In this document: piece after piece, positions 14,455-26,745 of the stretch | Position numbering within the stretch: position 1 is the first letter of the stretch | Layout of the letters: each line of letters opens with the position of its first letter | Assembly: GCF_009914755.1 (NCBI RefSeq) | Contig: NC_060926.1 | Strand: one strand, 5' to 3' | DNA from: the human T2T-CHM13v2.0 reference genome, Homo sapiens | Length of the DNA: 64,000 nucleotides | Program-made: the position numbers and the translations under genes | The notes under the pieces: model-generated | Databases searched by the model: none | Seen by the model: only the letters and a program-made list of their open reading frames with translations | Told to the model about the DNA's origin: nothing

Positions 14455-15480
14455 TTTTTAATGACTTAAATTTTCAGTTAATTGTAGATTTACATGCAGT
14501 TTTAAGAAACAACACAGAGTGATTCTGTGGACTCTTTACCCAGTTTTCCTCAAAAGTAATATTTTGCAAAACTGTAGTACAATATCACAACCAGGATATT
14601 GACATTTGGGATATTGACAGTCAAGATACAGAACGTTTCTATCACCACAAGGATACCTTATGTTGCCCTTTAATAGGCAAATCTACTTTTCTCCCTCCCC
14701 TACTCACTCTGTAACCCTTAGCAACCACTCATCTGTCCTCCATCTCTATTATTTTGTAATTTCAAGAATGTTAAGTAAATGATATCATGCAGTATGTAAT
14801 CTTTAGGGATTGGCTTTTTTCATACAATGTAATTACTGAGATTCATCTATGTTGTTGTACTAATAATCCATTTCTTTTTATTTCTGAGTAGTATTCCAGA
14901 GTGTGGATATCCCACAGTTTTTTAACCATTTATACACTGATGGGCATCTTGGTTGCTTACCAAGATGTCTGGGGCTGTTATGAATAAAACTGATATAAAA
15001 TTAATGTGTAGGTTTTTGTGCGAACATAGCTTTTACTTCTATTTTCTTTGAAATTTTAAAATAACAATTTATAGAACTGGTGCTATTTAAACATTTGGTA
15101 GAATTCTAATCTTCCGGGCCCAAGATTACTTTTGGGGGAAGGTTTTAAAATTACAAATTCAATTTCTTTAATGGTTTTAGGACTATTCATGTGATCTTTT
15201 TTGTCTTGGCTAACTTTGCATTCTTAAGCTAGCTTATAGTTGGTTTTTAGTGATTGTTAAATTTTTTAGTTGAATTATCCTACTGATTATATGGATTTAT
15301 CCCCCTGGTAAGATGGTTGTCCTGTCTTCTTTCTCCTTAGGGGCAGTCTTTCTCCCAGATGTAGGATTAATTGATTGACTTGCAACCTTAGTTTTGTAAT
15401 AGATTCCAAAAAAGTCACTAATTTGCAATTTGTCTAGTTTTTTTCTTACAGTAAATGTAGAAGTATTGCCTTTGCCACTT
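14455..15480 (-). mobile_element. L1MC-like 3' end with internally deleted upstream pieces
   Basis: tgtagatttacatgcagtt..aagaaacaacacagag..tttacccagtttt..caatatcacaaccaggatattgac is an L1MC-type 3'UTR. Confidence 0.75.
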
Positions 15481-15882
15481 TCTGTATTATTAAGCTATGG
15501 TCCTAAAATAGCTTCATTTGATATTAGCATTTTCTTTTATAAGTATATACTCTTCTGGCTTTGAGCAATAATAATAAAATGCAATACCTATATAGAAAAT
15601 TTATAGTTTAAAAGTTCTTCCACATGTAGCCTTATTTTTACACTTCCTGTCATATTTGGAAAAAAAGTGGTGAAATCATTTACCCAAATTAATCCAGTTA
15701 GCGACACAGAAGGAAAGGAAATTAGAACTTCTAAATCCAAGCGTGTTGCTCTTTCCTGTGAATGGCCTGTCCTTTGTTCACCATCTCTTCTTCCCTGGTA
15801 CCCTCTTTCTCCAAAATCTGTTACCTCCAAGGAGATCTTGGAACACATGGCATAATCTCAGTGTCATGGTGGACAATCTGAA

Positions 15883-15980
15883 ACACAGAAGAAATATGAA
15901 GTAGTGTGTGAATTGGGCCCCAAACTATACATAGAAGAAATATGAAGTAGTGGGTTGAATTGGGCCCCAATCAAAAACTA
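15883..15980. repeat. Two-copy ~46-bp tandem duplication
   Basis: agaagaaatatgaagtagtg..tgaattgggccccaa at 15887-15923 and 15933-15970. Confidence 0.9.
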
Positions 15981-16014
15981 TCTGCCTATATTTCACACTT
16001 TGTATGCTTTAAAA

Positions 16015-16352
16015 CAGTGGTTCTCAAATTGCATAAAGTGCATGAAGAATCACTTGGAGAGCTTGACAAAAACATAGGCTCAGGGATTCTCCTTCAGTAG
16101 GTGGTGGTAGGACCAATGCATTTACATTTCTAACGAGCTCACAGCTGATCCTGATGCTGCTAATTCTCAGGACCACTGAGTGAATAGCACTGTCTTAGAC
16201 CTGTATTTCTTTAATGTGTTCATGGCTCACTCACATCCAAATCACCTAAAGTGCCCACTCCTGACCTACTGAATCAAATTAAGTGGAGGAGGGAGCCATG
16301 AAGCTAAACATAGCATGTCATGATTTCTATCTACACTATTGTTTGTGAAACT
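16015..16352. mobile_element. MER5A plus adjacent MER5-like fragment
   Basis: cagtggttctcaaa...gaatcacttggagagcttg...catttctaacgagctc...gatgctgct...aggaccac; second copy has cctgacctactgaatcaaa. Confidence 0.7.
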
Positions 16353-16356
16353 ACAC

Positions 16357-16786
16357 TGATGCAGGATTTTTTGCTCCTTAGCTCCACTAATCTAGGTTCT
16401 TGTCTAATGACCAGGAAGAATTAGGCATGCAGACACATTGAAGGGTGAAGAGAGCAGAATTTATTAAGCGAAAAGAAAACTCTCACCAAAGAGAGAGCAT
16501 CCTGCAAGCAGGTTTTCATCTCCCAAATTGAAAACCAGGGCCACAACCAATGAGCTGAAGAGGCCAGGCTATACCCCTGCATAAGGCATGAATTCCTGGT
16601 GGCTCCACCCGATTTCCCCAGTGCATGTGGGCTTCTGTCTGCTGTGGGCATGCCCAGGCAAGCCCCCTGTGCAGGTTCCCTCATCTGTACAAAATATCTG
16701 GCATAAACACTTGTGGGGTGGGTCGGAGATTCTCCGGGGACCCTTCCCTATCTGCATAGGCCTTTGTCTGCCTCCTGCCTCTATCA
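16357..16786 (-). mobile_element. MER61 (MER61C-like) ERV1 solo LTR
   Basis: Minus strand starts TGATAGAGGCAGGAGGCAGACAAAGGCCTATGCAGATAGGG; 430 bp; TG..CA ends; 4-bp TSD acac (16353-16356, 16787-16790); minus-strand AATAAA at ~16460. Confidence 0.85.
16646..16665. promoter_or_regulatory. Perfect p53 response element
   Basis: GGGCATGCCC AGGCAAGCCC is two RRRCWWGYYY half-sites with no spacer and no mismatch, inside MER61. Confidence 0.85.
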
Positions 16787-16790
16787 ACAC

Positions 16791-16956
16791 CATGATTCTC
16801 AAACTTTGCTATGTATTGTATTTCCCTGGCAATATATTTCTAATGCTTTTATCTCATCTCTACACATTCTAATTTAATTGGCATGGGGAGCAAGCAGGGC
16901 ATCAGGAATTATAAAAGCTCCCCAGGTGATAATAATATGCAGTGAAACCATGGGTC
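16791..16956. mobile_element. MER5B
   Basis: catgattctcaaacttt...ttctaatttaattggcatgggg...gggcatcaggaatt..aaagctccccaggtgataataatatgcag. Confidence 0.7.
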
Positions 16957-17823
16957 TGAGACATAAAATTGGAGCTGTTCTAGAGAATGTTAGTTATAAC
17001 CACTGAGCAAGTTGAGAGATTCTTCAGTGTTTTTTGTAATTCAGGGTTAGAATTAGTTAAATCTGTTTTGTACCTAAAATTACCATGTTTATTCAGTAAT
17101 AAAAAGAATTCTCTTCATGAAGTCCAAAGGCCTTGTTCTTAAAAGAAACACATATTTAATTCTGGAATTTAATGAAGTCAGCCATTTATACAGGATTTTA
17201 TTACACAGTGTTTTAATTGGAATTTTAGTTGATCTTTTGCCGTTTGACACAAATCTAAAAGTCACAGGGAACAATTAAAACAATGTCATCATAGCCCCAA
17301 GATTTTACATTAATCTCCTAAACTTACTGATAGGGACATTCAAATATTCCAATAATTGAGAACATGCAGAAAGGGTAAAATGCTGGTTGACATATTTTTT
17401 TAAAAAAATGTGAGTGTGTATTTGTGTGTATGTTTCTGGGTGCATTTTTGAATAGCATGCAAAAATAATAGTTAGATCTCATGAGAAATGGCCTGTTTCC
17501 AAATAAATGTTATGAAACATTTGAAAAAAGATATACCAAATCTCCTATCAGTGTAGTTTCTTTTAAATGATTTCACTACATTTAATTTTTTTAAAAAGGA
17601 GGGATTGGTATGTTTTCTATTTGATGGCAGTCCAATGGACAAAAAACCTTTTGGTTAAAAAAATTTATATTTGTGTAGACTCTACTTTCTCTCCCTTTTG
17701 TATATTTAGAAACTATTTATCTGTTCCCACATTCACCTAAGCAGTTACAGTGACTTTTAGAGGTGCTTCTTCTCTCCAATTTTCAGTGATTCTTCACACT
17801 TCAGAGTTCAGGATTTTTTTCCC

Positions 17824-17850
17824 GGTGTAGATATAGGCAAATAGAAATAG

Positions 17851-17903
<53 letters not shown>

Positions 17904-18182
17904 GTCTCTGTGTGTGTGTGTTTGTGTGTGTGTGTCTTTCTCTCTCCCCACATCATCTTTAATTATCTTTAATTACTTGATTAAAGGAATATAAGCAAAT
18001 TCTAAAGGTTGGTGTGGATATAGACAAATAGAGATATAGACATTCTCTCTCTCTGTCTCCCCCCTCTCTCTCTCTTTCTGTATGTGTGTGTGTGTGTGTG
18101 TGTGTGTCTTTCCATCTCCCCACATTGTCTTTAGTTATCTTAAATTACTTGATTAAAGAGATATAAGCTAATTCTAATGGTT
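17824..18182. repeat. Two-copy ~180-bp tandem duplication, each copy with a (TC)n(TG)n microsatellite
   Basis: Copy 1 (17824-18010) and copy 2 (18011-18182) share ggtgt.gatatag.caaataga and tccccacat..tcttta.ttatctt.aattactt..gattaaag..atataagc.aattctaa.ggtt. Confidence 0.9.
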
Positions 18183-19528
18183 GGCATTAGCTGTATCTAG
18201 TATCTTACAGAAAAAAACCACAAAATTCCTGGACTAAAATCAGACAAATCAAGAGGTATAATGTGTAGCATTAAAATAGCTAAGGAAATACAGACTTTCA
18301 TTATAATTAGCTTCTGATGGTGGGTTTTCTACAAAATCTTCCACTTTTCTAATAAGATAACCTTAAAGACCCAGGACAAAAGACCAGTTTTTAAAACTAA
18401 AAAGAATAAAAGACTGACAGAAAAATATTACTATCTATGAGACATTTTTTTCTAAGATAAGAATGAATTTGGATTAAGAAAAATCTACCTTGTTCAAAAA
18501 CTAAGACCAGTTTTCAATGTGGCAAAAACATAAGGAAGCCTTTTGCAAATATCTAATTTAGTGGTCTTATGTGGATTTCACATGTTATTGTATCTAGCAA
18601 AAGGGAGAAATCTAAGAGTGGAAAATATTGCCTGAAGACGAAATTCATAATTATTGAATAAAAAACCCAATTAAAAGAAAATTGAAAGCTAAATAAAAAA
18701 GCAAAACAAAAATCACATTACTAGTTTGAATAAACCTCCCAGAACCGAGAGAAAAAATAAGAAAGAGATTAATATGAAGTACAAAAGCTTATGTGCTAAG
18801 AATGATATCAGCTAAAATAGTAAAGTAGGTAACTCCAAGCACAAGCAAAAACTGCCACAATCCACTTTGTCAGAACTCAGGAAAATAGGAAAAGATCTAA
18901 AATAACCAACTGAACACTGAATCAAGAAAAAGATAATTTAAAAATAGTAGAAATATTTCATGGTCTTTTTTACTTACCCTTGTCCTATCCCCTTCCCGCC
19001 TTGGTGGTTGTCTTCAAGATTGCCGCTTACATTCTCATTGTGGAACTCAGGTTCCCTATTTCTAAGGAAGCAGAAAAGATCTTACTTTTAAAGAATTGTT
19101 TTAGTCTGTTCTAACCTTTCTAAGGCCTGCCTGAAAGACTGAGGCAACATGTACTACCTTTGTTTAGCAAATTATGGAAATTACTCCTGGCAGAAAAGTG
19201 GAAGGCATTTCTTGACAACATTGTAAGGCAAACACCCAACCCACAACTACCTGGGGAAAAAGATTACAACTGAGACAAACAATAGAAAGCCTAAAACTTA
19301 AAAGGAAATACTAGGAATATACTCTTTGAGAAATCAGAGCATTCAGAAGGGCTCATGTATACCAGGGAATTTAGAAACTGACATGCATGCCCAAGGCAGA
19401 ATTCATGCTTAGAAAAGTCCCAAGAAGACCTCAAGCTTGCATCTCTGGGTGATCCTGATTCCAAGCCTCAGTGTAAGCAGGACGGACAGTCTAAGAGTCA
19501 TACATGGCTGAGTTGAAGGAGTGCTTTA

Positions 19529-20041
<513 letters not shown>

Positions 20042-20840
20042 TTATAGTCCACAGCAAACAATAAAAACAAACCTTGAAGAGGGAGAAGAATCTGATTTCC
20101 ATAGTTACTACATTATATGTAAAAAATGTCCAGTTTTCAGCAAAAATTGCAAAGCGTACAAATAAAAAACTATGACACAAAGAAGAAATTATCAGAAACC
20201 GAGGAAGCCCTGACATTGGATTTACTAGAAAAAATTAAGTATCTCAAAGAGTTAAAGAAAACTAAGAGAATAATATCTGAACAAATAGAGAATATCAATA
20301 AAGAGATTAAAATTGTGAAAAAGAACCAATCAAAATCTGGAGCTTAACAATACAATAACAGAAGTGGCAAACTCACTAGAAGGTTCCAGTGGCAGATTTG
20401 AGTGGGCTGAAGAAAGAATCAGTGAACTTGAATACAAGTCAATTAAAGTTATCTAATCTGAGGAGTAGAGAGACATAAAAATGAAGAAAAATGAAACTTG
20501 TATGACACCATTAGCATACCAATATATACATCATAGAAATCCAAGAAGAAATATAGAGAGATAAAGGGGCAGAAAGAATATTTAAAGAAAGAATGCCTGA
20601 AAACTGTGAATTTGATAAAAGACATGAATCTATACCTTTAAGAAGTACATTCAACTCCAAGAAGGAAGAACTCAAAGAGATCCACAAGGAAACATATTAT
20701 AATAAAATTGTTGGAAGGAAAAGCAAAAGAGTGAATTTTGAAAACAAAAAATAAGTGACTCATAATATAAAATGGATCTTCAATAATATTAGCAGCAATA
20801 TTCTCATTAGAAACCTGGAGGCTAGAAGGGAGTGGGATGG

Positions 20841-21191
20841 TGTATAGTTCATTTTTACACTGCTATAAGGAACTACCTGAGATTGGGTAATTTATGAAGA
20901 AAAGAAGATCAATTTACTCAGTTCTGCAGGTGAAGCATGACTGGGAGGCTTCAAGAAACTTACATTCATGGTGGAAGTTGAAGGGGAAACGAGGACCTTC
21001 GCATGGTGGCAGGAGAGAGAGATCAAGAGGGGAATTGCCACACACATTTAAACCATCAGATCTCATGAGATCTCACTATCATGAGAACAGCAAGGGGGAA
21101 ATCCACCCCCCATGATCCAGTAACCTTCTACCAGGCCCCTCCTCCAATTCAACATGACATTTAGGTAGGGACACAAATCCATACCATATTG
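20841..21191 (-). mobile_element. MaLR solo LTR (THE1D/MSTA-like)
   Basis: tgtatagttcattttt..acactgctataaggaactacctgagattgggtaattta...gacacaaatccataccatat; 5-bp TSD gatgg (20836-20840, 21192-21196). Confidence 0.88.
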
Positions 21192-21538
21192 GATGGCATT
21201 TTTAAAGTGCTAAGTGAAAAAAAAGCGTCAACCAAGAATTCTTTATTCAACAAAACTAAGCTTGTTTCAAAAATGAATGAGAACATAAGACATTCCCAGA
21301 TAAACAAAATGTTGTTGCTAATAGAACTATCCTACAAGAAATAATAATGATGGTCTTTCAAGCTGAAATAAGATGTCACTTGACAGTAATTGGAAGGCAT
21401 ATAAAAAAACTAAACAACCCTCATAAACATAACAATGTAGGTAAATGTAAATGCCAGTGCTATTGTATTTTTGGTCTGTAACTCCTCTTTCTATTGTCTA
21501 TATAATAAAAGATAAATTTATAAAATGATAATTCTGTC

Positions 21539-21733
21539 TACGTCAATGGGTATATAGTATAAAGTTGTAATTTATGACAATAACAAGGTAAAGGAAAGTG
21601 ACAGAGCTGTAGGTTAGCAAAGTTTTTGTATGCTATTGAAGCTTAGTTGGTATAAATTCAAACTAGAGTTTTATAAATTTAGAATGTTAATTGTAGTCAT
21701 CCTGATAATCACTAAGAATATGGCTAATATATA
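21539..21733 (+). repeat. Left arm of a 195-bp inverted repeat (native L1 inter-ORF sequence)
   Basis: Ungapped reverse complement of 23078-23272, with 6 mismatches by manual count. Confidence 0.97.
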
Positions 21734-23077
21734 TGTGTATATATATGTATATATGTATACGTATTATATATGTATAATATGTATATATGTATATATTATG
21801 TATATGTTATATATGTAATATATGTATGTATATATTATATATCATATATAATATATAATGTGTATATATGTATATATGTATGTATACATGTATATACTAT
21901 GTATATATTGTATATATTATATATGTATATATACATATACATATATAATATATACATATATTATATACAATATATACATGTATATTATATACGATATATA
22001 CATATATATTATATACAATATATACATAGTATATAAATGTATACATACATACATATATACATATTATATATGTATATATGTATACATAAATGTATATATA
22101 ATATATATACATATATAAATGTATACATACGTACATATACGTATATGTATATGCATATATGTATATATGTGCATACATATATATGTATATACATATATGT
22201 ACATATGTACATATACGTATATATGTACATATGTACATATACGTATATATGTACATATGTACATATACGTATATATGTACATATGTACATATACGTATAT
22301 ATGTACATATGTACATATACGTATATATGTACATATGTACATATACGTATATATGTACATATGTACATATACGTATATATGTACATATGTACATATACGT
22401 ATATATGTACATATACGTATATATGTACATATGTACATATACGTATATATGTACATATGTACATATATACGTATATATGTACATATGTACATATACGTAT
22501 ATATGTACATATGTACATATACGTATATATGTACATATGTACATATATACATATATATGCATATACATATATATGCACATATATACATATATGTGCATAT
22601 GTACACACATATATGCACACATACACATATATGTACACACATGCATGCACACATACACATATATGTACACACATGCATGCACACATACGTATATATGTAC
22701 ATACATGTATGTGCACATACGTATATATGTACATACATGTATGTGCACATACGTATATATGTACATACATGTATGTGCACATACGTATATATGTACATGC
22801 ATGTATGTGCATATACGTATATATGTATATGCATGTATGTGCACACGTATCTACATATATGTACATATATACGTATATATGTATCTACATATATGTACAT
22901 ATATACGTATATATGTATCTACATATATGTACATATATACGTATATATGTATCTACATATATGTACATATATACGTATATATGTATCTGCATATATGTAC
23001 ATATATACGTATATATGTATCTGCATATATGTACATATATACGTATATATGTATCTGCATATATGTACATATATACG
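21734..23077. repeat. 1.34-kb AT-rich alternating purine-pyrimidine microsatellite/VNTR with 26-, 32- and 34-bp sub-arrays
   Basis: (TA/CA/TG)n matrix; unit acatatgtacatatacgtatatatgt at ~22195-22540, gcacatacgtatatatgtacatacatgtatgt at ~22680-22810, gtatct(a/g)catatatgtacatatatacgtatatat at ~22847-23084. Confidence 0.97.
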
Positions 23078-23272
23078 TATATATTAGCCATATTCTTAGT
23101 GTTTATCAGGATGACTACAATTAACATTCTAAATTTATAAAAATCTACTTTTAATTTATACCAACTAAGCTTCAATAGCATACAAAAATTTTGCTAACCT
23201 ACAGCTCTGTCACTTTCCTTTACCTTGTTATTGTCATAAATTACAACTTTATACTATATACCCATTAACGTA
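23078..23272 (-). repeat. Right arm of the 195-bp inverted repeat (inverted copy of L1 sequence)
   Basis: Reads as the reverse complement of 21539-21733; ORF track shows [25 protein letters not shown] (+) vs [25 protein letters not shown] (-). Confidence 0.97.
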
Positions 23273-23699
23273 TATAACATATATATATTATATATACATA
23301 CAAAGGATGACATTATATGTTAATAAAAAAGTCAATTCATCAAGAAGATATAACAATTTTAAATACATAAGCAACAAACAACAGAGTCCTAAGATATATG
23401 AAGCAAACATTGTCAACATTCAAGGGAGGAATAGATAATTGTATAGTAATAGTTGGAGACTTCAATGTCTTATTTTTCATAATGAGAAAAAAATCTAGAC
23501 AGAAGTTTAAGAAGAAAACATAAGATTTGAACAACTCTATATAACAACTAGACCTAACAAATATATAGAATACTCCACCCCACAATAGCAGGAGATATGT
23601 TATTTGCAAGTCACATGAAACATTTTCCAGGACAGATCATATTTTGTGCCACAAAAAGTCTCAACGAATTTAAAAAGATTGAAATAATAAAAAGTATCT

Positions 23700-23764
23700 C
23701 CGCGCCACTGCACTCCAGCCTGGGCGACAGAGCAAGACTCCATCTCAAAAAAAAAAAAAAAAAA
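23700..23764 (+). mobile_element. Severely 5'-truncated Alu (3' ~46 bp plus poly-A)
   Basis: cgcgccactgcactccagcctgggcgacagagcaagactccatctc(A)18; approximate TSD aaaaagtatct / aaaaagatct. Confidence 0.9.
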
Positions 23765-25923
23765 GATCTTATCTGGCTACAATGGAATAAAACTAGAAAT
23801 CAATAGCAGAAAGAAAAATGTAAAATGTACCAATACATGGCAAGGAAACAACAAATTCTTAACTAGCCAATGAGCCAAAGAAGAAATCACATGTGGAATT
23901 TGAAATACTTTGAGACAAATAAAAATAAAAACAACATAGAAGAACTATAGAATGCAGAGAAGGCAGTGCTGAAAGCAAATGTATAGCTATAAATACTTAC
24001 ATTATAAAAGAAGAAAGATCTGAAATCAAAAACCAAACTTTATACTTAAGGATCAAGAAAAATAAAGGAAAACTAAGCCCAAAGCTAACAAAAGGAAGGA
24101 AATAATAAAAATTAGACCGGAAGTTAATTAAATATGAAAACAATAGAGAAAATTAATAAACCCAATGTTTTACTCCTTAAAAAAAGACAAAATTGACAAA
24201 TCTTTAGCTATAATGACTAAGAAAAAAACAGAGAAGACACAAGTAACTAAAATCAGAAATAATAGTGAAGACATTACTGTTGATCTTATAGAATTAAAAG
24301 AGATTATAAGATAATGTTCTGAATGATTGTATGCCAACAAATTAGATAAATGATGAAATAAACTGCAGGGAGTATTCAAATTGCATAAAATGATCCTAGA
24401 AGATCTTAGACCTATATTAAGTAAATAATTGAACCAGTAATCAAAAACTTCCAACAGAGGAAAGTTGAGGACCAGAGAGTTTGATTGGTGAATTGTAACA
24501 AACATTTAAAAAGTAATTAACACCAAATTTTCTCAATCATTTCCAAAATATAGGAGTTGAAAGCACTTTCCAATCATTTTATGAGGCCTGTATTACCGAT
24601 ACCAAAGCTAGGCAAAGACTATTCATTATAAATATAGATTTATCCTAGGAATGCAAGAGTAGTTCAAAATAAGAAAATAATCAATTATAAGACCTCATAT
24701 TTATAAAATGAAGGAAAAATCCACATGATGATCTCTATTGGCGAAAGAAAAGCATTTGACAAAATTCAGCACGCTTTCATGATTAACACACTGAGAGAAC
24801 AAGAATAAAACACATCTTCTTTAATGTGAAAAAAGGTATTGATGAAAAACCTGCAGCTACCATGATAACCAATGGTGAAAGACCGAAAGCTATACTGCTA
24901 AATTGAGGAACAGGGTAAATACGCACATTTTTATGAGTGCTGTTCAATATTGTCCTGGAAATTCTAGCCAGAACAATTAACTAAAAAAAAGAAATAAAGA
25001 ATTGAAAAGTAAGAAGTAAAACTCTCTCTATTTGAAGATGACATGATTGTATATATACAACATTTCTGACTTTCCACAAAAAGCTACTATAGATAATAAA
25101 CATTCAGTATGTTGTAGTGTACAAGATCTATATGCAAAAACCAGTTGTTTCTATATACCAGCAACGAACAATGCTGTAAGAAAATTATGAATAGAATTCC
25201 ATTTACAATAGCATTCAAAGAATAAAACAACTAGAAACAAAAAAGCACAGGAAAGTGAAAGACTTGTTCACTGAAAACTACAAAATAGTGCGGAAAGAAA
25301 TTAAAGAAAAGCTAAGTAAATGCAAAGACATCTCATGTTCATGCATTGGAGGAGTTAATATTGTTAAGATGCCATTACTAACCAAAGTGATCTACAGATA
25401 CAATTCAACTCATATCAAAATTCCAATGACCCTTTTTGCAGAAATGAAAAAGCATATCCTCAAGTTCATGTGGAAATACAAAGGCCCCTAAATATGTAAA
25501 ACAATGTTTTAAAAGAATTACAAACTCATGCTTCCTGATTTCAAAACTTACTACAATGCTACAGTAACCAAAATAGTGCAGTAGTGGCATAGAGTAGACA
25601 TATAAACTAATGGAATGGAATTAAGAGTCGACACGCAAAACCATACGAATATGGTCAATTGATTTTGAACAAGAAGGCCAAGACGATTCAGTAAGAGTGC
25701 CAAGACTCTTTAACAACTGGCACTGGGACAATTGCATATTTACCTGCAAAAGAATACGGTTTTACTTTTACCTTACAACAAATACAAATATGAAATAAAA
25801 ATAGGTCCATGACTTAAAGAGCTAAAACCACAGATCCCCTAAAAGAAAATGTAAGAGTAAATCTCAATACACTCGAATTTGGAAATGGACTTTTGGTATA
25901 ATGCCAAAAGTATGAGCAAAAAA

Positions 25924-26015
25924 ATATTATATGTATATATTATATATATATTATATATATACATGCACAAGCACACGTATACATATATATGTATGTGTAT
26001 GTGTGTATATATATA
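25924..26015. repeat. (TA/CA/TG)n low-complexity microsatellite inside L1
   Basis: atattatatgtatatattatatatat...gtgtgtatatatatatg. Confidence 0.85.
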
Positions 26016-26382
26016 TGACTTCATCAAAATTAAAATTTTGTGCATTAGGGAAACCATCAAGACAGTAAAAAGAGTATGCACAGAATGGGGAAAAATATTT
26101 GAAGGTTGTGTTTCTGACAATGGTCTGCCATCCAGAATATATAAAAAATACCTACAAGTCAACAACAAAAAGACAAGCAGCCCAATTTTAAAAATGGGTA
26201 AAAAACTTGAATACACATTTCTCTAAAAATATACAAATGGCCAGTGGCACATGAAAAGATGGTCAACATTATTTGTCACTAAGGAAAAGCAAATCAAAAC
26301 CACCATGCAATGCCTCTTCTCATTCCCAAGGATTGCTACAGTAATAATATAGATTTTATAAAAAAAGGGGGAATAACAAGTA

Positions 26383-26745
26383 CAATTGGTTCTCCAAATC
26401 TATGAGCACCAGAGGACTGGATTCAATTAACTTCACATCAAAAATATTTGGAAAAAAAATTCTACAAAATTCTGAAAAGCAAAACTTTCATTTGCTCTGC
26501 ATCAAGCACTATGTTGAGTCCACGCAATTAAAGTGCTGTGTAGGCATTCTATTCAGTGCTATAAATAATCTAGGGATGATATAAATATATGAGAAAATGT
26601 GCATAGTTTACATGTAAATGTGGTGCCATTTTATATAAAAGACTAGTGGATCCCCAGAGTTTGGTATCTGGGCATGGGGTCGTGGGGGAAAGAGAATGGG
26701 GGTAGGTCCTGGAACCAATCCTTCACAGATATCAAGAAATTATTT
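26383..26745. mobile_element. Tigger3 (Golem/MER7-type) TcMar DNA transposon
   Basis: Degenerate TIRs caattggttctccaaatc ... gtcctggaaccaatccttcacagatatcaagaaatt; inserted at TA within L1 aataacaagta|ttaccaaggatgt. Confidence 0.8.

Noticed and set aside
22195-23084. CRISPR-like array of 26-34-bp repeats
   Set aside because: Repeats are contiguous with no unique spacers, there are no cas genes, and the context is eukaryotic
21770-23181. Six-frame ORFs of 278-367 aa (Y/I/H/T/V/C/M-rich)
   Set aside because: Alternating purine-pyrimidine repeats cannot form stop codons, so all frames are open; this is a VNTR artefact
21539-23272. MITE/foldback transposon with 195-bp TIRs
   Set aside because: No TSD, and the left arm is colinear native L1 sequence, so this is a local inverted duplication and not a mobile unit
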